From Eledone cirrhosa (Eukaryota): a stretch of DNA of 64,000 nucleotides. The stretch spans positions 329,716,001 to 329,780,000 of the forward strand of contig OZ024740.1 in NCBI GenBank assembly GCA_964016885.1, read 5' to 3'. Below, one piece after another: positions 16,057-29,535 of this stretch. The notes below the pieces were generated by a model. That model saw only the letters and a list, made by a program, of their open reading frames with translations. It made no database searches and was not told where the DNA came from. Position 1 is the first letter of the stretch; every line of letters begins with the position of its first letter. A program made the translations under genes and the position numbers.

Positions 16057-19000
16057 TTACAGATATATGCTCAGAGTAGGCCCATTCACTCGGGCCATTC
16101 TTGCTTCTCTCACCCATCTTTCAACAAAATGCTGGGAAGAGAGCACTTCCCTCTCTACTCTGATTTTCCTTTTCAAATGAAATTTGAAAAAGTCAATCAG
16201 AGCATCACCGAAGAGGTAAGTGCTCGTCTTCAGCCCTTTCAAACGTGTCCACCATACTATCTCTTTCGCCATGGCCACCAGGCAGATAAAAACTGCCTGC
16301 CCTTCCCGGCTAAAGGAGGAGGGCGGGGCAATCCTCACGATGGACTCAGATGATAGCCGGATCCGTCCTAAACGCGACAGCAGGTGTTCGACATAAACCC
16401 ACAAGTCAGCAATTTTCGGACACTGGACGAGTGCGTGCAGGACGGTTTCGTCGCCCTGCGCGCATCTCGGACATGCCCGGCTGACGGCACCTCCATGCCT
16501 GTAGAGTTTATTCCGAACTGGCAAGGCTCCTCGGTAGCACTGCCAGGCCAGAGATTTCTGGAAGTTGTCCATAGGCCCTGGCCCGAAAGTTCTTCCGAAG
16601 AGATTGGCTAGTTGATTTTCGTCGACGCCTAGAGTTTCCCCAAGTACGTCGTCGCTCTTCCCCTCCACTAATCCTCTATAGAACGCCGAGGTGGAGTTTC
16701 CACCGATCACATTGCCCGATTGGTCGAGGGCTGTGAGCGCCTGAAGACATTCCAGTCTCCAGGCGCTCCCTCTCGGTCTTCGCTTGACCCAGGACTGCAG
16801 CTCCGTCAAGGAAACGAGCTGGGGAAACACGCGTCTAGCAAACGGCGACCACACCTGATCACCGTCGAGGAAGAGGTGGAGATGTCGTAGCCTGAGCGCG
16901 TGCCTGCGCATCATCAGCCACGGCATGCCCAGCCCTCCACGTAGCGGGTGTTGACAACAGATGGACCGCCTGACCATCGGAGCGCGTCCCTTCCACAAAA
17001 AGCGTAAGAGCAAACGCTCCAGCACAGTCAGGGGAGGCTTAGGACAAGGTACGACGGTCAGGCGGTAGCAGATGACGGACGCGATGTACGCGTTAGCCAC
17101 CTCCGCTCGACCTTTCAGGGATAGCTTCCTCTCGGCCCATTTCTGGGTGAGAGAAGCCACCCTGCTCGTCACCTCGTCCCAGTTTTTGTCCGTCTGGAGG
17201 TCCGGACCGAACCAGACCCCTAGCAATTTAACCGGTCCGTCCGTCCAGCGTCCGACGACGCTGTTGGACGGCATGGACCTGCCTCTCCAGGTGCCGAGCT
17301 GCAGGCCCACTGACTTTTCCTGGTTGATCATTGCTCCTGTCACCGCTTCGTATTCTCTTAGTGTAGTGCCGATCGCCTCGATGTGTTTGGCGTTCGACAC
17401 CACTACGGTGACATCGTCCGCATATGCTGATACGGATCTTCCGCATCCTAGTTCGCGCGGGACCCCCCTCAACGTCTCCAGTTTGTGCAGTAATGGCTCG
17501 AGAGTCAATACGTACAAGAGGGACGAGAGGGGACATCCTTGGCGGACCGAGCGCATGATGTTGAACGGTTCCGACAGGTGACCGTTCACTCTCACCACAG
17601 AGCAGATGTCGCTGTGCATGGCAGCGATCCAGCCTCTGAAGACGGGCCCAAAGCCAGCCGCCCTCAGGACTGCCGCTAGGTAACGATGGTCGACCCTATC
17701 GAAAGCTTTCGACTGATCTAAATTGATCAAGGACCCACCCGTGCCAGGTTCCCTAGCTACCCTCTCTACGATCTATCGCATGAGGTGGAGGTTGTCGTGC
17801 ATGGATCTGTCGGGAATGGCGCATGTCTGCGCCTCTCCCACCAGACCACCAACGACAAGCGCCAACCTCTTTGCTAGCACCTTGGCCAAAATCTTAAACT
17901 CTGTGTTTAGCAGAGTTATGGGCCGGAAATTTTCTATGTTATCCCCCTTGTTCGGATCCTTTCTCAGCAGTGCCACCGCTCCTCGGCTCACAGAACTGGG
18001 AATTCTCCCGTTCTGTTGCCAGTTGCAGTAGACGTCCGCCAAGAGGCCTCCGAACAAGTCTGGCATCTGTACGTAAAGTTCATAGGGCAGACCATCCAAA
18101 CCAGGCGATTTACCCCTTGTGCAGCCAGTCATTGCCTCCCTTACTTCAGCGGCTGTTATCGGCTTTTCGCAACACTTCGCCTCAGTGGCCGAGAGCCGCG
18201 GCAGTCCGTCGAGGTAGACACTAAAGTCCATCCCTCTACCCGGCCCACCGCTGCCCCCGAACAGCTGAGCGAAGTGTCGCTGAAAAGCTTCACACATTTG
18301 CCCGGGATCGAGTAGCATGCGCCCGTCGTGGTCCACCAAAGACCGGATCGTGGCTTTGTTTCCACAACGCGCCTCCGCCTTTCGGGCCCATTGAACTGCG
18401 TTCGTCCCCTCGTGTCTGAGAGCACGCACCCTAGCTCTGACAACGCAGCCTTCGTGCTTTGCATTGAAGAATTGGTCAAGGGCCAATTTCGCCGCAAGCA
18501 CGTCGGTCGCAATGCCTTTGCTAAGCGCCTCGTCTAATTTTCTAACTAGTTCTCCCTCTGCTCTATTTTTCTCTATTGCTAAAGCCTTACTAAATCTAAT
18601 CGATTCTATTCTAATCGCTCTTTTCAGAGCAAACCACCACTTGTTGTTGACGATGGCCCCCGTCAACGCCCGCTTAACTAGTTCGCTAATCCGGTCTCTG
18701 TAGGCCTTGCGCGCTGGTAAGGACGCGTTTAGCTTCCAGTAGCCGGGTCCTCGTCTATGAAGCCTATCTAAGTCAAGCACACAGATCACGAATTTGTGGT
18801 CCGTGTAGCTGACTATCTTGAATTGTGGACAGCCTATGCTAGACCTATCTATTTCCCTACAAAATACTCTATCTAGATATGATCTGGATGACCCTATGCG
18901 GTTTGTCCAAGTCCACATTGGCACATTCGGGAAATCCAATCGGTACCTGTCAGACAGTTCAAAACGCCTGAGCAGGTTGGTGAGGCTCTTGCACCCTCCA

Positions 19001-19476
19001 CCCCTATCCGCTAATCCCACACAGTCCCAGCGTGCATCTAAGATTCCGTTCCAGTCGCCCACTAACACTAAAGAGCGCGACGTTCCAAGAAAGGTCTCCA
19101 GACGCCGGAAGAAATCAGGCCGCCCTGCTCCTGTCGGGGCATAGACGGCCACTAGCCTGAAAGCTTGCCCGTCTCCGCTGGTCACGTCCAGCACCACCAG
19201 CTTACCCTTTGGGTCCAGGAAGATGGCCCGTATGGCGAGATCCAAACCTCTCCGAAAAAGTACAGCAACTCCTCCACCGGATCCAGGACGGCTGGGAGAT
19301 GCGTACACATCGTAGCCGCCGAAGATCGGTGCGAAGGCCCGTGCTTCGGAGATTCTGGTCTCGCTGATGGCCACTACATCTATGTTTAGTGACCTGAGGT
19401 CGTTGAGCAGGTGACCCTGCTTCCATGACGACCCCAAGCCACGCGCATTTATGCTGCCTATTCTGAGTGAGGTCAT
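16057..19476 (-). pseudogene. ORF2 (APE endonuclease, RT, C-terminal Cys motif), single nonsense codon at 17773-17775
   Basis: SINARG, VAISET, VYAP, GDWN, YLDR, TDHK; SPGLDGL, FRPITLLN, DQSKAFDRV, RQGCPLS, YADD; CPRC..ETVLHALVQC. TAG here corresponds to TAC (Tyr) in copy 2. Confidence 0.93.
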
Positions 19477-19511
19477 GTTTAAAATAGAGTGGAAAAGATG
19501 GGAAAGACCAC

Positions 19512-21622
19512 TTACCGTACTTTTGGTAGAGGAGGGATGGTTTTTACATCCCTTTTCACTTGATCGTCTGGTGAAGGGACCGTTGAATCGTCCCTTCGGC
19601 TGGTCGTCGGCTCTTCTAAGAGAATGTCTGAGTATACTCTTCGATTGATGGTTCCTCCTAGGTCCCTGAAATCACCAACTGCGTTGGGGAATTTCGTTTT
19701 AATATTTGTGTATTGTTTCTGTGCTATTTTTAGCAGTCTTATGTTAGTTGGCGTTTTGATTGGTGCTGGTATTATGTAGTCCTGTTGTGAAATGTCTGTG
19801 TGTTCAATTATGTAAGTCATTAGTTTCTTGTTGTGTGTATTTATTGCCGTGCATTTGTTTTTCTGGGGGTGGGGTGTGGTTCTGCTATTTTCTTGTCGTT
19901 GATGCTGGGTGTGTGTGTTTTGTTGTTGTGTTTGCGATGTTGGTGCTTGTGGTGGTGGTGTTGAAGGTGTTGTTGGCGGTGGGGTTGTCGCCGGTGGTGA
20001 TGGTGGCGCTAGTGTGGGTGGTGATGGTGTTGGTGTTGTTGCTGCTGTGGGTCTCTTTGCAGTAGACTTTACCCTTTTCTCATTTCTTTCCTCCCTTTTC
20101 AAAGGCGACGATGCGCTGCTTCTGCGTTTGTGCCTTCTTACGACCTTTTGCCATCTCTCTCCCACCTCACACTCCATGTCTGATTCTGTGAGGTCGGGGA
20201 GGGGTACCAACTCCACTCTTTCACTTGTTGTTGTTGGTGATGTTTGCACTGGAGTCTCTGTTGCAGCTGCATTTGGTATTGCTGTTGTTGTTGTTAGTAT
20301 TTCCACTGCTGCTGCTGTTTTTGATTTCCGTGGAGTGGGTATGGGTGCCACGGGCCTATCGTTCCTGGTTGCCGCTTGTCCTGTTGCTGGTAGCCGTGGA
20401 GCCGGATTCGGAAGGAGGGGGGTTTTCTCCTTTCTCAGGGTCGTCTCGTTGCAGAAGGCCCTGAGGTGAGTCTTCGATCCACAGCGAAAGCATTTCGGGC
20501 GTTTGCCCTCAACACTTATGGGCAGTTGAGTGCCGTTATCGAAGTCTATCACATCCGGGATAGCTTCGATGCACTCCTGGTTGGTTTGGATTAGCATCTC
20601 AATGGAGGAGCCGACCCAATCTTCTCTTACTTTTTTCTGTACTTGCAGTACAGTTGTTTTGTCCTCGATTCCGACGAGGACAGACGCGGCCAGCCAAGAA
20701 GGGGTCATTCCGGGGGGGGGGGGGGGGGGGGGGCGTGGGTCAGTTTGACCCTCACAATTTTTTGCCCACAGTAGGAGGGCACCAACACCATTTCCTCGCT
20801 CCTTAGGGTCACTACTGATTGGGCCTTTGCCTCCTGGGGTGTGGCAAAAAGTACGTCTACGGTGGCATATTTTTTGCCTCGGGTGATGTGCGTTTTCCGC
20901 TGCCACACAGACCCCAAGGCTTTTTGTATTTGGGCCTCTGTGGCTCTTTCCACCCTACGGGATTTTGTACTTACTGTACGGTACGTGACCGTACAGTGCT
21001 CTTGGGTTTCGAAAAAATTTTTCGCTGCCTTGCAGATTGCTCGGTGTCCGTTCTTTGTCACCATCTTCTTCGATTCCTCTAATTCCTCATTTGTTATGAG
21101 GATTGTTTCCAAGTTTTTCGCAATACCTGCAAATGAGATTGGTTTTTCTCTGCTGTTGTTGTTGTCGTCAGAGCTGCTGGTACTTTTGTTGTTGCTGCAG
21201 GTACTACGACTACTGCCTCCGCCGCTGTTGCTGTGGTTGTTGTTGGTGTTGCTGCTGCTAATGCTGTTGTTGTTTATGCTGCTGGTGATGCTGTTGCGGC
21301 TGCTACTGTTGTTTTCATTGTCACTGTTGCTGTTGTTATTACGGCTGCTACTGCTATTATTCCTGACGTCAGACGAATGAACTGGGTTTTCGTATTTCCC
21401 GCACACCTGTTTCGTCGCTGTCGTCGTCGTCGTGGAGAAACCTTGCACGCTTTGCACGAGACTTTTCTTTTCTTTCGTCACTTGCGAAAGAGAAGGGAGG
21501 GAGAGAGACACATTTAAAGAAGGGAGGGAGAGAGACAATCTTCTCTCTGCTGTAGTGATGATTGAGGAAGAAGAAGACGGAATGAGTGGGAGTGACGTAT
21601 GAAATTTCTTTTTCGTAGCCAT
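19512..21622 (-). pseudogene. ORF1 (gag-like, CX2CX4HX4C knuckle, low-complexity linkers), frameshifted at poly-G run ~20712-20733
   Basis: CFRCGSKTHLRAFC. The two ORF pieces join to match copy 2's LVPSYCGQ...PWLIAAVLAGIE. Confidence 0.85.
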
Positions 21623-21837
21623 GTTGTTTTTTGTTTAAAATGAAATTTTGGGTACAAAACCCCAATAACTGATTATTTAACCCCGAAGGGCCAAATAACG
21701 GACAGAAAGACCCCTCTCACGAGGAGGAGGGTGTCTTTATCAACAATTTGGTTCAAGTTTTAAACAATTTACAATTGTTTTAACGGTTAAAAATTACTAT
21801 ACCTTACAGAGCCGAGCCTCCGTCAACCATGGCATTC

Positions 21838-21878
<41 letters not shown>

Positions 21879-21880
<2 letters not shown>

Positions 21881-22335
21881 TCAGGTGAAGGTGCTGTGGG
21901 ATTTTAGGATACAGACGGACAAAAAACTGGAACACAATAGACCTGACCTGGTGGTTGTGGACAAAGAAAAAAGATCGTGTCTGATTGTGGATGTGGCCTG
22001 CCCGTTCGACACGAGAGTGCAAGAGAAGGAGAGGGAGAAAATTAACCGATACCAGGACCTAAAGTGGGAGGTGAAAAGGATTTGGAACTGCCATGAAGTC
22101 AAAGTGATCCCGATTGTCATAGGCGCACTGGGGACTATCTCCAAAAGTTTCCAGGGATGGTTAAAGAAAATCGGGTACTTCACGCTTTTTGGAACGCTTC
22201 AAAAGGCATGCTTGCTTGGAACAGCAAGAACCCTCCGATACGTCCTGAATATCTGAGGCTGCAGGTAGTGGCTTGATATTCATTCCAACGGACTTTCCAG
22301 TTAACCAACATCAATGACTGAGTTTCAAGAAATAA
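21879..22335 (+). mobile_element. R4/Dong-type RLE LINE, 5'-truncated 3' end
   Basis: RPDLVVVD...DVACP...EKINRYQDL...ARTLRYVLNI plus a 3'UTR like the full copy. (AAT)n on both sides. Confidence 0.92.
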
Positions 22336-22339
22336 CAAC

Positions 22340-22378
<39 letters not shown>

Positions 22379-23675
22379 TCTGGAGGCTGATGGCATAAAG
22401 AACAAAATAAATGAAGGAATTGTTAAGAACTGAATACATTCGGAGAGTAAGGAGCGTATTGAAGTCACATCAGAACAGCAGAAATGCCATAAGCGCAGTA
22501 AATTCCCGAGCTGTTTCTATTATTAGGTACAGTGCGGGAATTCTGAGATGGAATGTTGCTGAACAAAAAGAAATGGATAGGAAGACTAGGAAGCTATTGA
22601 CTATCTACAACATGTTCCACAAGAGGAGTGATGTCGATAGACTCTACCTAAGGAGATCTGAGGGTGGAAGAGGTCTTATCAGCATAGAGGACCGTGTTCA
22701 GATAGAGAAAAACAACCTATACAAATACGTGACCAATAGTAAGGAGCCAATGCTCAGAACTGTACTGAAGGAGAGGACAATATACCATGGGATGTCCAAG
22801 GAGGAAATAACATCAAGGTGGAAGAGCAGCCTTAAGGGAAAATCCCTTCATAGTGCCTTCTTTGAGAAAACTGAATTTAGATATCCACAGACATGGAACT
22901 GGTTGAGAAGAGGAGACCTCAAAAAGGCTATAGAAGGAATGCTAATGGCTGCGCAGGAGCAGGCCCTCAAAACGAAGTGGTTGAGGCACCATATTTACAA
23001 GTAGGAGGCTAGCCCACTGTGCAGGATCTGTGGAGAGAGAGAGAGGAGACTGTGGCTCACATTGTGTCCGAGTGTAAACACCTAGCCCAGACCCACTATA
23101 AGGGCTGGAGACACGATGTGTTGGGCAGGGTGATCCACTGGCACCTGTGCAAAGTAAACAATTTACCACATTCTGAGAAGTGGTATGAGCATAGGCCAGA
23201 GGCGGTGATGGAGAACAATCAGGTGAAGGTGCTGTGGGATTTTAGGATACAGACGGACAAAAAACTGGAACACAATAGACCTGACCTGGTGGTTGTGGAC
23301 AAAGAAAAAAGATCGTGTCTGATTGTGGATGTGGCCTGCCCTTTCGACACGAGAGTGCAAGAGAAGGAGAGGGAGAAAATTAACCGATACCAGGACCTAA
23401 AGTGGGAGGTGAAAAGGATTTGGAACTGCCATGAAGTCAAAGTGATCCCGATTGTCATAGGCGCACTGGGGACTATCTCCAAAGGTTTCCAGGGATGGTT
23501 AAAGAAAATCGGCCCCTTCACGCTTTTTGGAACGCTTCAAAAGGCATGCTTGCTGGGAACAGCAAGAACCCTCCGATACGTCCTGAATATCTGAGGCTGC
23601 AGGTAGTGGCTTGATATTCATTCCAACGGACTTTCCAGTTAACCAACATCAATGACTGAGATTCAAGGAATAACA
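22379..23675 (+). mobile_element. R4/Dong-type RLE LINE, 5'-truncated (1.3 kb), disrupted
   Basis: ORFs 22411-23004 and 23019-23594 match the C-terminus of 31922-35314. Confidence 0.92.
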
Positions 23676-23701
23676 ACAATAATAATAATAATAATAATAA
23701 T

Positions 23702-26700
23702 GTTTTCTTTATTAACCAGAAGGGTTTACATAAAGTAGACATTAAGGACAGTACAGGACAATACAGGACGGTACAAATGGGCATTTCTGCGTGTAAAAAA
23801 CAGAGGATGTAATAAAATAACAAAGAAAAATTCCCCAATAGGGGGGAGACTTCCGAGGGACATTTGTGGAGAAAGACCATTAAAAGACCACAGTGACCCT
23901 GACCACCAGGGCAAGTGCCCTCTGCCAGTTTTCCACCTTTAGTTTACAGACACATACTCAGAGAAGGCCCATTCATTCGGGCCATACTTGCTTCTCTCAC
24001 CCATCTTTCAACAAAATGCTGGGAAGAGAGCACTTCCCTCTCTACCCTGATTTTCCTATTCAAATGAAATTTGAAAAAGTTAATCAGGGCATCACCGAAG
24101 AGGTAAGTGCTCGTCTTCAGCCCTTTCAAACGTGTCCACCATACTATCTCTCTCGCCATGGCCACCAGACAGATAAAAACTGCCTGCCCTTCCCGGCTGA
24201 AGGAAGAGGGCGGGGCAATCCTCACGAAGGACTCAGCTGATAGCTGGATCCGTCCTACACGTGACAGCAGGTGTTCGACATAAACCCACAAGTCAGCAAT
24301 GCTCGGACACTGGACAAGTGCGTACAGGACGGTTTCGTCGCCCTGTGCGCATCTCGGACATACCCGGCTGACGGCACCTCCATGCCTGTAGAGTTTATCC
24401 CGAACTGGCAAGGCACCCCGGTAGCACTGCCAGGCCAGGGATTTCTGGAAGTTGTCCATAGGCCCCGGCCCGAAAGTCCTTCCGAAGAGATTGGCTAGTT
24501 GATTTTCGTCGACGCCTAGAGTTTCTCCAAGTACGTCGTCGCTCTTACCCTCCACTAATCCCCTATAGAACGCCAAGGTGGAGTTTCCACCGATCACATT
24601 GCCCGATTGGTCGAGGGCTGTGAGCGCCTGAAGACATTCCAGTCTCCAAGCGCTCCCTCTCGGTCTTCGCTTGACCCAGGACTGCAGCTCCGTCAAGGAG
24701 ACGAGCTGGGGAAAAACGTGTCTAGCAAACGGCGACCACACCTGATCACCGTTGAGGAAGAGGTGGAGATGTCGTAGCCTGAGCGCGTGTCTGCGCATCA
24801 TCAGCCACGGCATACACAGCCCACCACGTAGCGGGTGTTGACAGGAGATGGACCGCCTGACCATCGGAACGCGCCCCTTCCACAAGAAGCGAAAGAGCAA
24901 ACGATCCAGCGCAGTCAGGCGGGGCTTAGGACAAGGTACGGCGGTCAGGCGGTAGTAGATGACGAACGCGATGTACGCGTTAGCCACCTCCGTTCGACCT
25001 TTGAGGGATAGCTTCCTCTCGGCCCATATCTGGGTGAGAGAAGCCACCCTGCTCGTCCCCTCGTCCCAGTTTTTGTCCGTCTGGAGGTCTGGACCGAACC
25101 AGACCCCTAGCAATTTAACCGGTCCGTCCGTCCAGCGCCCAACGACGCTGTTGGACAGCATGGACCTGCCTCTCCAAGTGCCGAGCTGCAGGCCCACTGA
25201 CTTTTCCTGGTTGATCATTGCTCCTGTCACCGCTTCGTATTCTCTTAGTGTAGTGCCGATCGCCTCGATGTGTTTGGCGTTCGACACCACTACGGTGACA
25301 TCGTCCACATATGCTGACACGGATCTTCCGCATCCTAGTTCGCGCAGGACCACCCTCAACGTCTCCAGTTTGTGCAGTAATGGCTTGAGAGTCAATACGT
25401 ACAATAGGGACGAGAGGGGACATCCTTGGCGGACCGAGCCCATGATGTTGAACGGTTCCGAAAGGTGACCGTTGACTCTCACTACAGAGCAGATGTCACT
25501 GTGCATGGCAGCGATCCAGCCTCTGAAGACGGGCCCAAAACCAGCCGCCCTCAGGACTGCCGCTAGGTAACGATGGTCGACCCTATCGAAGGGTTTCGAC
25601 TGATCTAAATTGATCAAAGACCCACCCGTGCCAGGTTCCCTAGCTACCCTCTCTACGATGTATCGCATGAGGTGGAGGTTGTCGTGGATGGATCTGTCGG
25701 GAATGGCGCATGTCTGTGCCTCTCCCACCAGACCACCAACGACAAGCGCTAACCTCTTTGCTAGCACTTTGGCCAAAATCTTGAACTCTGTGTTTAGCAG
25801 AGTTATGGGCCTAAAATTATCTAGTTTCCCCCTTATTCGGATCCTTTCTCAGCAGCGCCACCGCTCATCGGCTCACAGAGCTGGGAATTCTCCCCTTCTG
25901 TTGCCAGTTGCACTAGACGTCCGCCAAGAGGCCTCCGAACAAGTCTGGCATTTGTACGTAAAGTTCATAGGGCAGACCATCTAAACCAGGCCATTTACCC
26001 CTTGTGCAACTAGTCATTGCCTCCCGTACTTCAGCGGTTGTTATCGGCTTTTCGCAACACTCCGCCTCAGGGGCCTAAAGCTGCAGCAGTCCGTTGAGGT
26101 AGACACTAAAGTCCATCCCTCGATCCTGCCCACCACTGCCCCCGAACAGTTGAGCGAAGTGTCGCTGAAAAGCTTCACACATTTGCCCGGGATCGAGTAG
26201 CATGCGCCCGTCGTGGTCCACCAAAGACCGGATCTTGCCTTTAATGCCACGACGCGCCTCCGCCACTCGGGCCCATTGAACGGCTTTCGTCCCCTCGTGT
26301 CTGAGAGCACGCACCCTAGCTCTGACAAGGCAGCCTTCGTGCTTTGCATTGAAGAATTGGTCAAGGGCCAATTTCGCCGCAAGTACGTCGGTCGCGATGC
26401 CTTTGCTAAGCGCCTCATCTAATTTTCTAACTAATTCTCCCTCTGCTCTATTTTTCTCTATTGCTAAAGCCTTACTAAACCTAATGGACTCTATTCTAAT
26501 TGCTCTTTTCAGAGCAAACCACCACTTGTTGTTGACGATGGCCCCCGTCAACGCCCGCTTAACTAGTTCGCTAATCCGGTCTCTGTAGGCCTTGCGCGCT
26601 GGTAAGGACGCGTTTAGCTTCCAGTAGCCAGGTAATCGTCTATGAAGCCTATCTAAGTCAAGCACACAGATCACGAATTTGTGGTCCGTGTAGCTGACTA

Positions 26701-29492
26701 TCTTGAATTGTGGACAGCCTATGCTACAAAATTCGGTACCTGTCAAACAGTTCAAAACGCCTGAGCAGGTTGGTGAGACTCTTGCACCCTGCTCCCTATC
26801 CACTAATCCCACACAATCCCAGCGTGCATCTAAGATCCCGTTCCAGTTGCCCACTAACACTAAAGAGCGGAACGTTGCAAGAAAGGTCTCCAGACGCCGG
26901 AAGAAATCAGGCCGCCCTGCTCCTGTCGGGGCATAGACGGCCACTAACCTGAAAGCTTGCCCTTCTCCGCTAGTCACGTCCAGCACCACCAACTTACCTT
27001 CTGGGTCCAGGAAGATGGCCCGTATGGCAAGATCCAAACCTCTCCGAAAAAGCACAGCAACTTCTCCCCCTGATCCCGGACGGCTGGGAGATGCGTACAC
27101 ATCGTAGCCGCCGAAGATCGGTGCGAAAGCCTGTGCTTCGGAGATTCTGGTCTCGCTGATGGCTACTACCTGAGGTCGTTGAGCAGGTGGCCCTGCTTCC
27201 ATGACGACCCCAAGCCACGCGCTTTTATGCTGCCTATTCTGATTGAGGTCATGTTGAAAAGGAGTGGAAAAGATGTGAAAGACCACTTACCTTACTTCTC
27301 GTAGGGGAAGGACGGTTTTTCCATCCTTTTCACTGCTTGTGGCCTCCTCAGGAAGAATGTCCTTATAAATCGTCCTGGAGAGTGCTTGTTGGAAGTCTCC
27401 GATGTCTTTGGGGAATTTTTGTGTTAGTGTCATGTACGTTTTCTGTGTGATGCGAGTGATTTGTAGGTGTGGAGGTGGTGTGAATTTGTGGGTTGTTGTG
27501 TAGTCTTTTTCTGTGATGCTGGTGTTGTGTTGGATGTAGTGTAATAATTGCGTGTTGTTCAAATTTAATGCTGTGTAGTGTGTATCGTTTTGGTTGTTTT
27601 GGTTTGTTTGCGTTTGTTGTGGGTTTGTTTCTGTTCGCATTTTGGTGGCTTTTGTGGTGTAGGTGATGGTGGTGTTTGGTTTAATGATGGTGATGGTGTT
27701 GGTGTTTGGGTTGATGGGGTTGGTGATGCTGGTGTGGATGGTGGCATAGCTGTCCTAACTTTTTTGTTTGTTAATTTATTTGTTTCCCTCTGTATTTTGT
27801 TTTGTAAGGGGAAGGAAGAGAATTTTTCCTTTTTGGTTTCTTTTTTCTTTTCCTGATACCGTTTCCCACTCCTCGTCGTCACAATCTGTCTCCAGTTGTG
27901 ATATGCAGGGGAGTGGAAAATCCTCCACAGGCGTTAGTTTTGGTTGTGGCGGGGTGGATGGTGTAGGCGCTGGTGCTAGTTCTGAAGCGTTGGCTGGTGG
28001 TGGTGTTCGTTTTGCTGGTGGTGGTGGTGTTGGTTTTGCTACTGTTGCTGGGTTTGTTGCGGTTATAGTTGCTTCTGTTGTTGCTGCTACAGTTTTTGCT
28101 GCCATCTCTGCTACTGGTGGTGTTGATGGTTGTGTCACTGGGGTGGGTAGGAGAGGTGGCCTCAACCTTTTAGCCTGAGGGCCGAAAGCCCTTAGGTGGG
28201 TTCCTTCACCTCAAACGACACACCTAGGCCTTCTGCCCTCGACAATTACGGTGAGGTGGCTGCCGTCAGTACGGTCTTTTACCTCTGGGATCTCCTCAAT
28301 GCTTTTTTGGTCCGGTTGGATCAGGAGCTCCATCCCAGAACCGGACCAGTTCTCCTGCTTTTCTTTTGCTATTGCTATTATCTTTGTGGTGGCTTCGATG
28401 CCGGCGAGGACGGCCGCTATTAGCCAGGGAATTTCGATGGCCTGTGGAACGTGTGTCACCCTGATCTTTACGAGTCTCTGGCCACAATAGCTTGGGACGA
28501 GTGTGAAGTCGTCACTTCTTAATGGGGCCATGGATTGTTCTCTAGCCTCCTCTGGTGTTTCAAAGAACACGTCCACGGTTCCATACTTCTGCCCACGTCT
28601 GATGTGGGTTTTTTTTGCCCACACATGTCCCAAAGCTTTTTGGATTTGCGACTCGGATGCCCGTTCCACTCGGCGCGATTTTACATTTATTGTTCGATAC
28701 GACACGGTGCATAGGCGCTGATGCTCCATTTTATTAGGTGGAGGGTGTGAGGCTGACCCTGTACCCATCTTTCTTTACCATTTGTTTGGCATTTTGTAAA
28801 TCCTCCTAAGTTACCGTAAATGCTTCGAACTGTTTTGCTACTCTGGCAAAACTCAGGGTGGTTTTTTTAATGTCATTGTTGTTGTTGTTGCTATCGTTAT
28901 TTTTGTTATTATTAATTTTAGTTTCAGTTGTGGTGGTGGTGACGTCATTGAAAGTCGGTTTGGGAGAGTCCATTTTGGTTGAAAATATTTCGACATCACG
29001 AGTTGATATTTTTTTTCCTTTTGTTTCTGTTGTCGCGGTGCTGGTGGTAGTGGGGGGGGGGGTTATCGCGGTTATGGTGGTGGTGGTGGCGGCTTTAACA
29101 CCTGCAGTCATTGGTAATGGCGGGAAATGAATGTCTGCCTGAGACAAATTTAAAATATTGCTACTGCTTATATTTTTTTTAGTGTTTGCAAACGTAGTAA
29201 CATTTACAATGGTGGTGTCGGTGTGAGATGTTAATCTGTGAGGAAGGCTTTTAGCTGCTTGGTGCAGAGGTGAATTAGCCACTTTTTTTTTAAAGCAATT
29301 TTTTGACAATCATAAAAGTTTAAATTTTAGGCACAAGGCCCCATTCTTTTTGGGTGTCCTTTTCGGAAAACAATGTATATGCGCTTATATATAGTTAACA
29401 ACACAAATTTTCCATAAATGGCAATTTTTAACACACGGAAATAACAAACCTTTGTGGAGCTCACGATGATACGATTTACTACGTAGGTCGCC
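23702..29492 (-). mobile_element. Tx1/L1-clade LINE, copy 2 (more decayed; divergent ORF1 and 5'UTR)
   Basis: ORF2 pieces 23944-27252 are nearly identical to copy 1. ORF1 pieces 27287-29309 are homologous but strongly diverged. Flanked by (ATT)n. Confidence 0.92.

Positions 29493-29534
<42 letters not shown>

Positions 29535-29535
<1 letters not shown>

Noticed and set aside
17773-17775. Stop-codon readthrough in ORF2
   Set aside because: Copy 2 has TAC at this position, so it is an ordinary nonsense mutation.
20712-20733. Programmed frameshift or G-quadruplex at the poly-G run in Tx1 ORF1
   Set aside because: Copy 2 reads through in one frame without the run, so homopolymer expansion or sequencing error is simpler.
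29326-29340. TTAGGCACAAGGCC match between the SINE tail and the Tx1 copy 2 leader
   Set aside because: Only ~14 bp and in the 5' region rather than the 3' tail. Insufficient to name a partner LINE.
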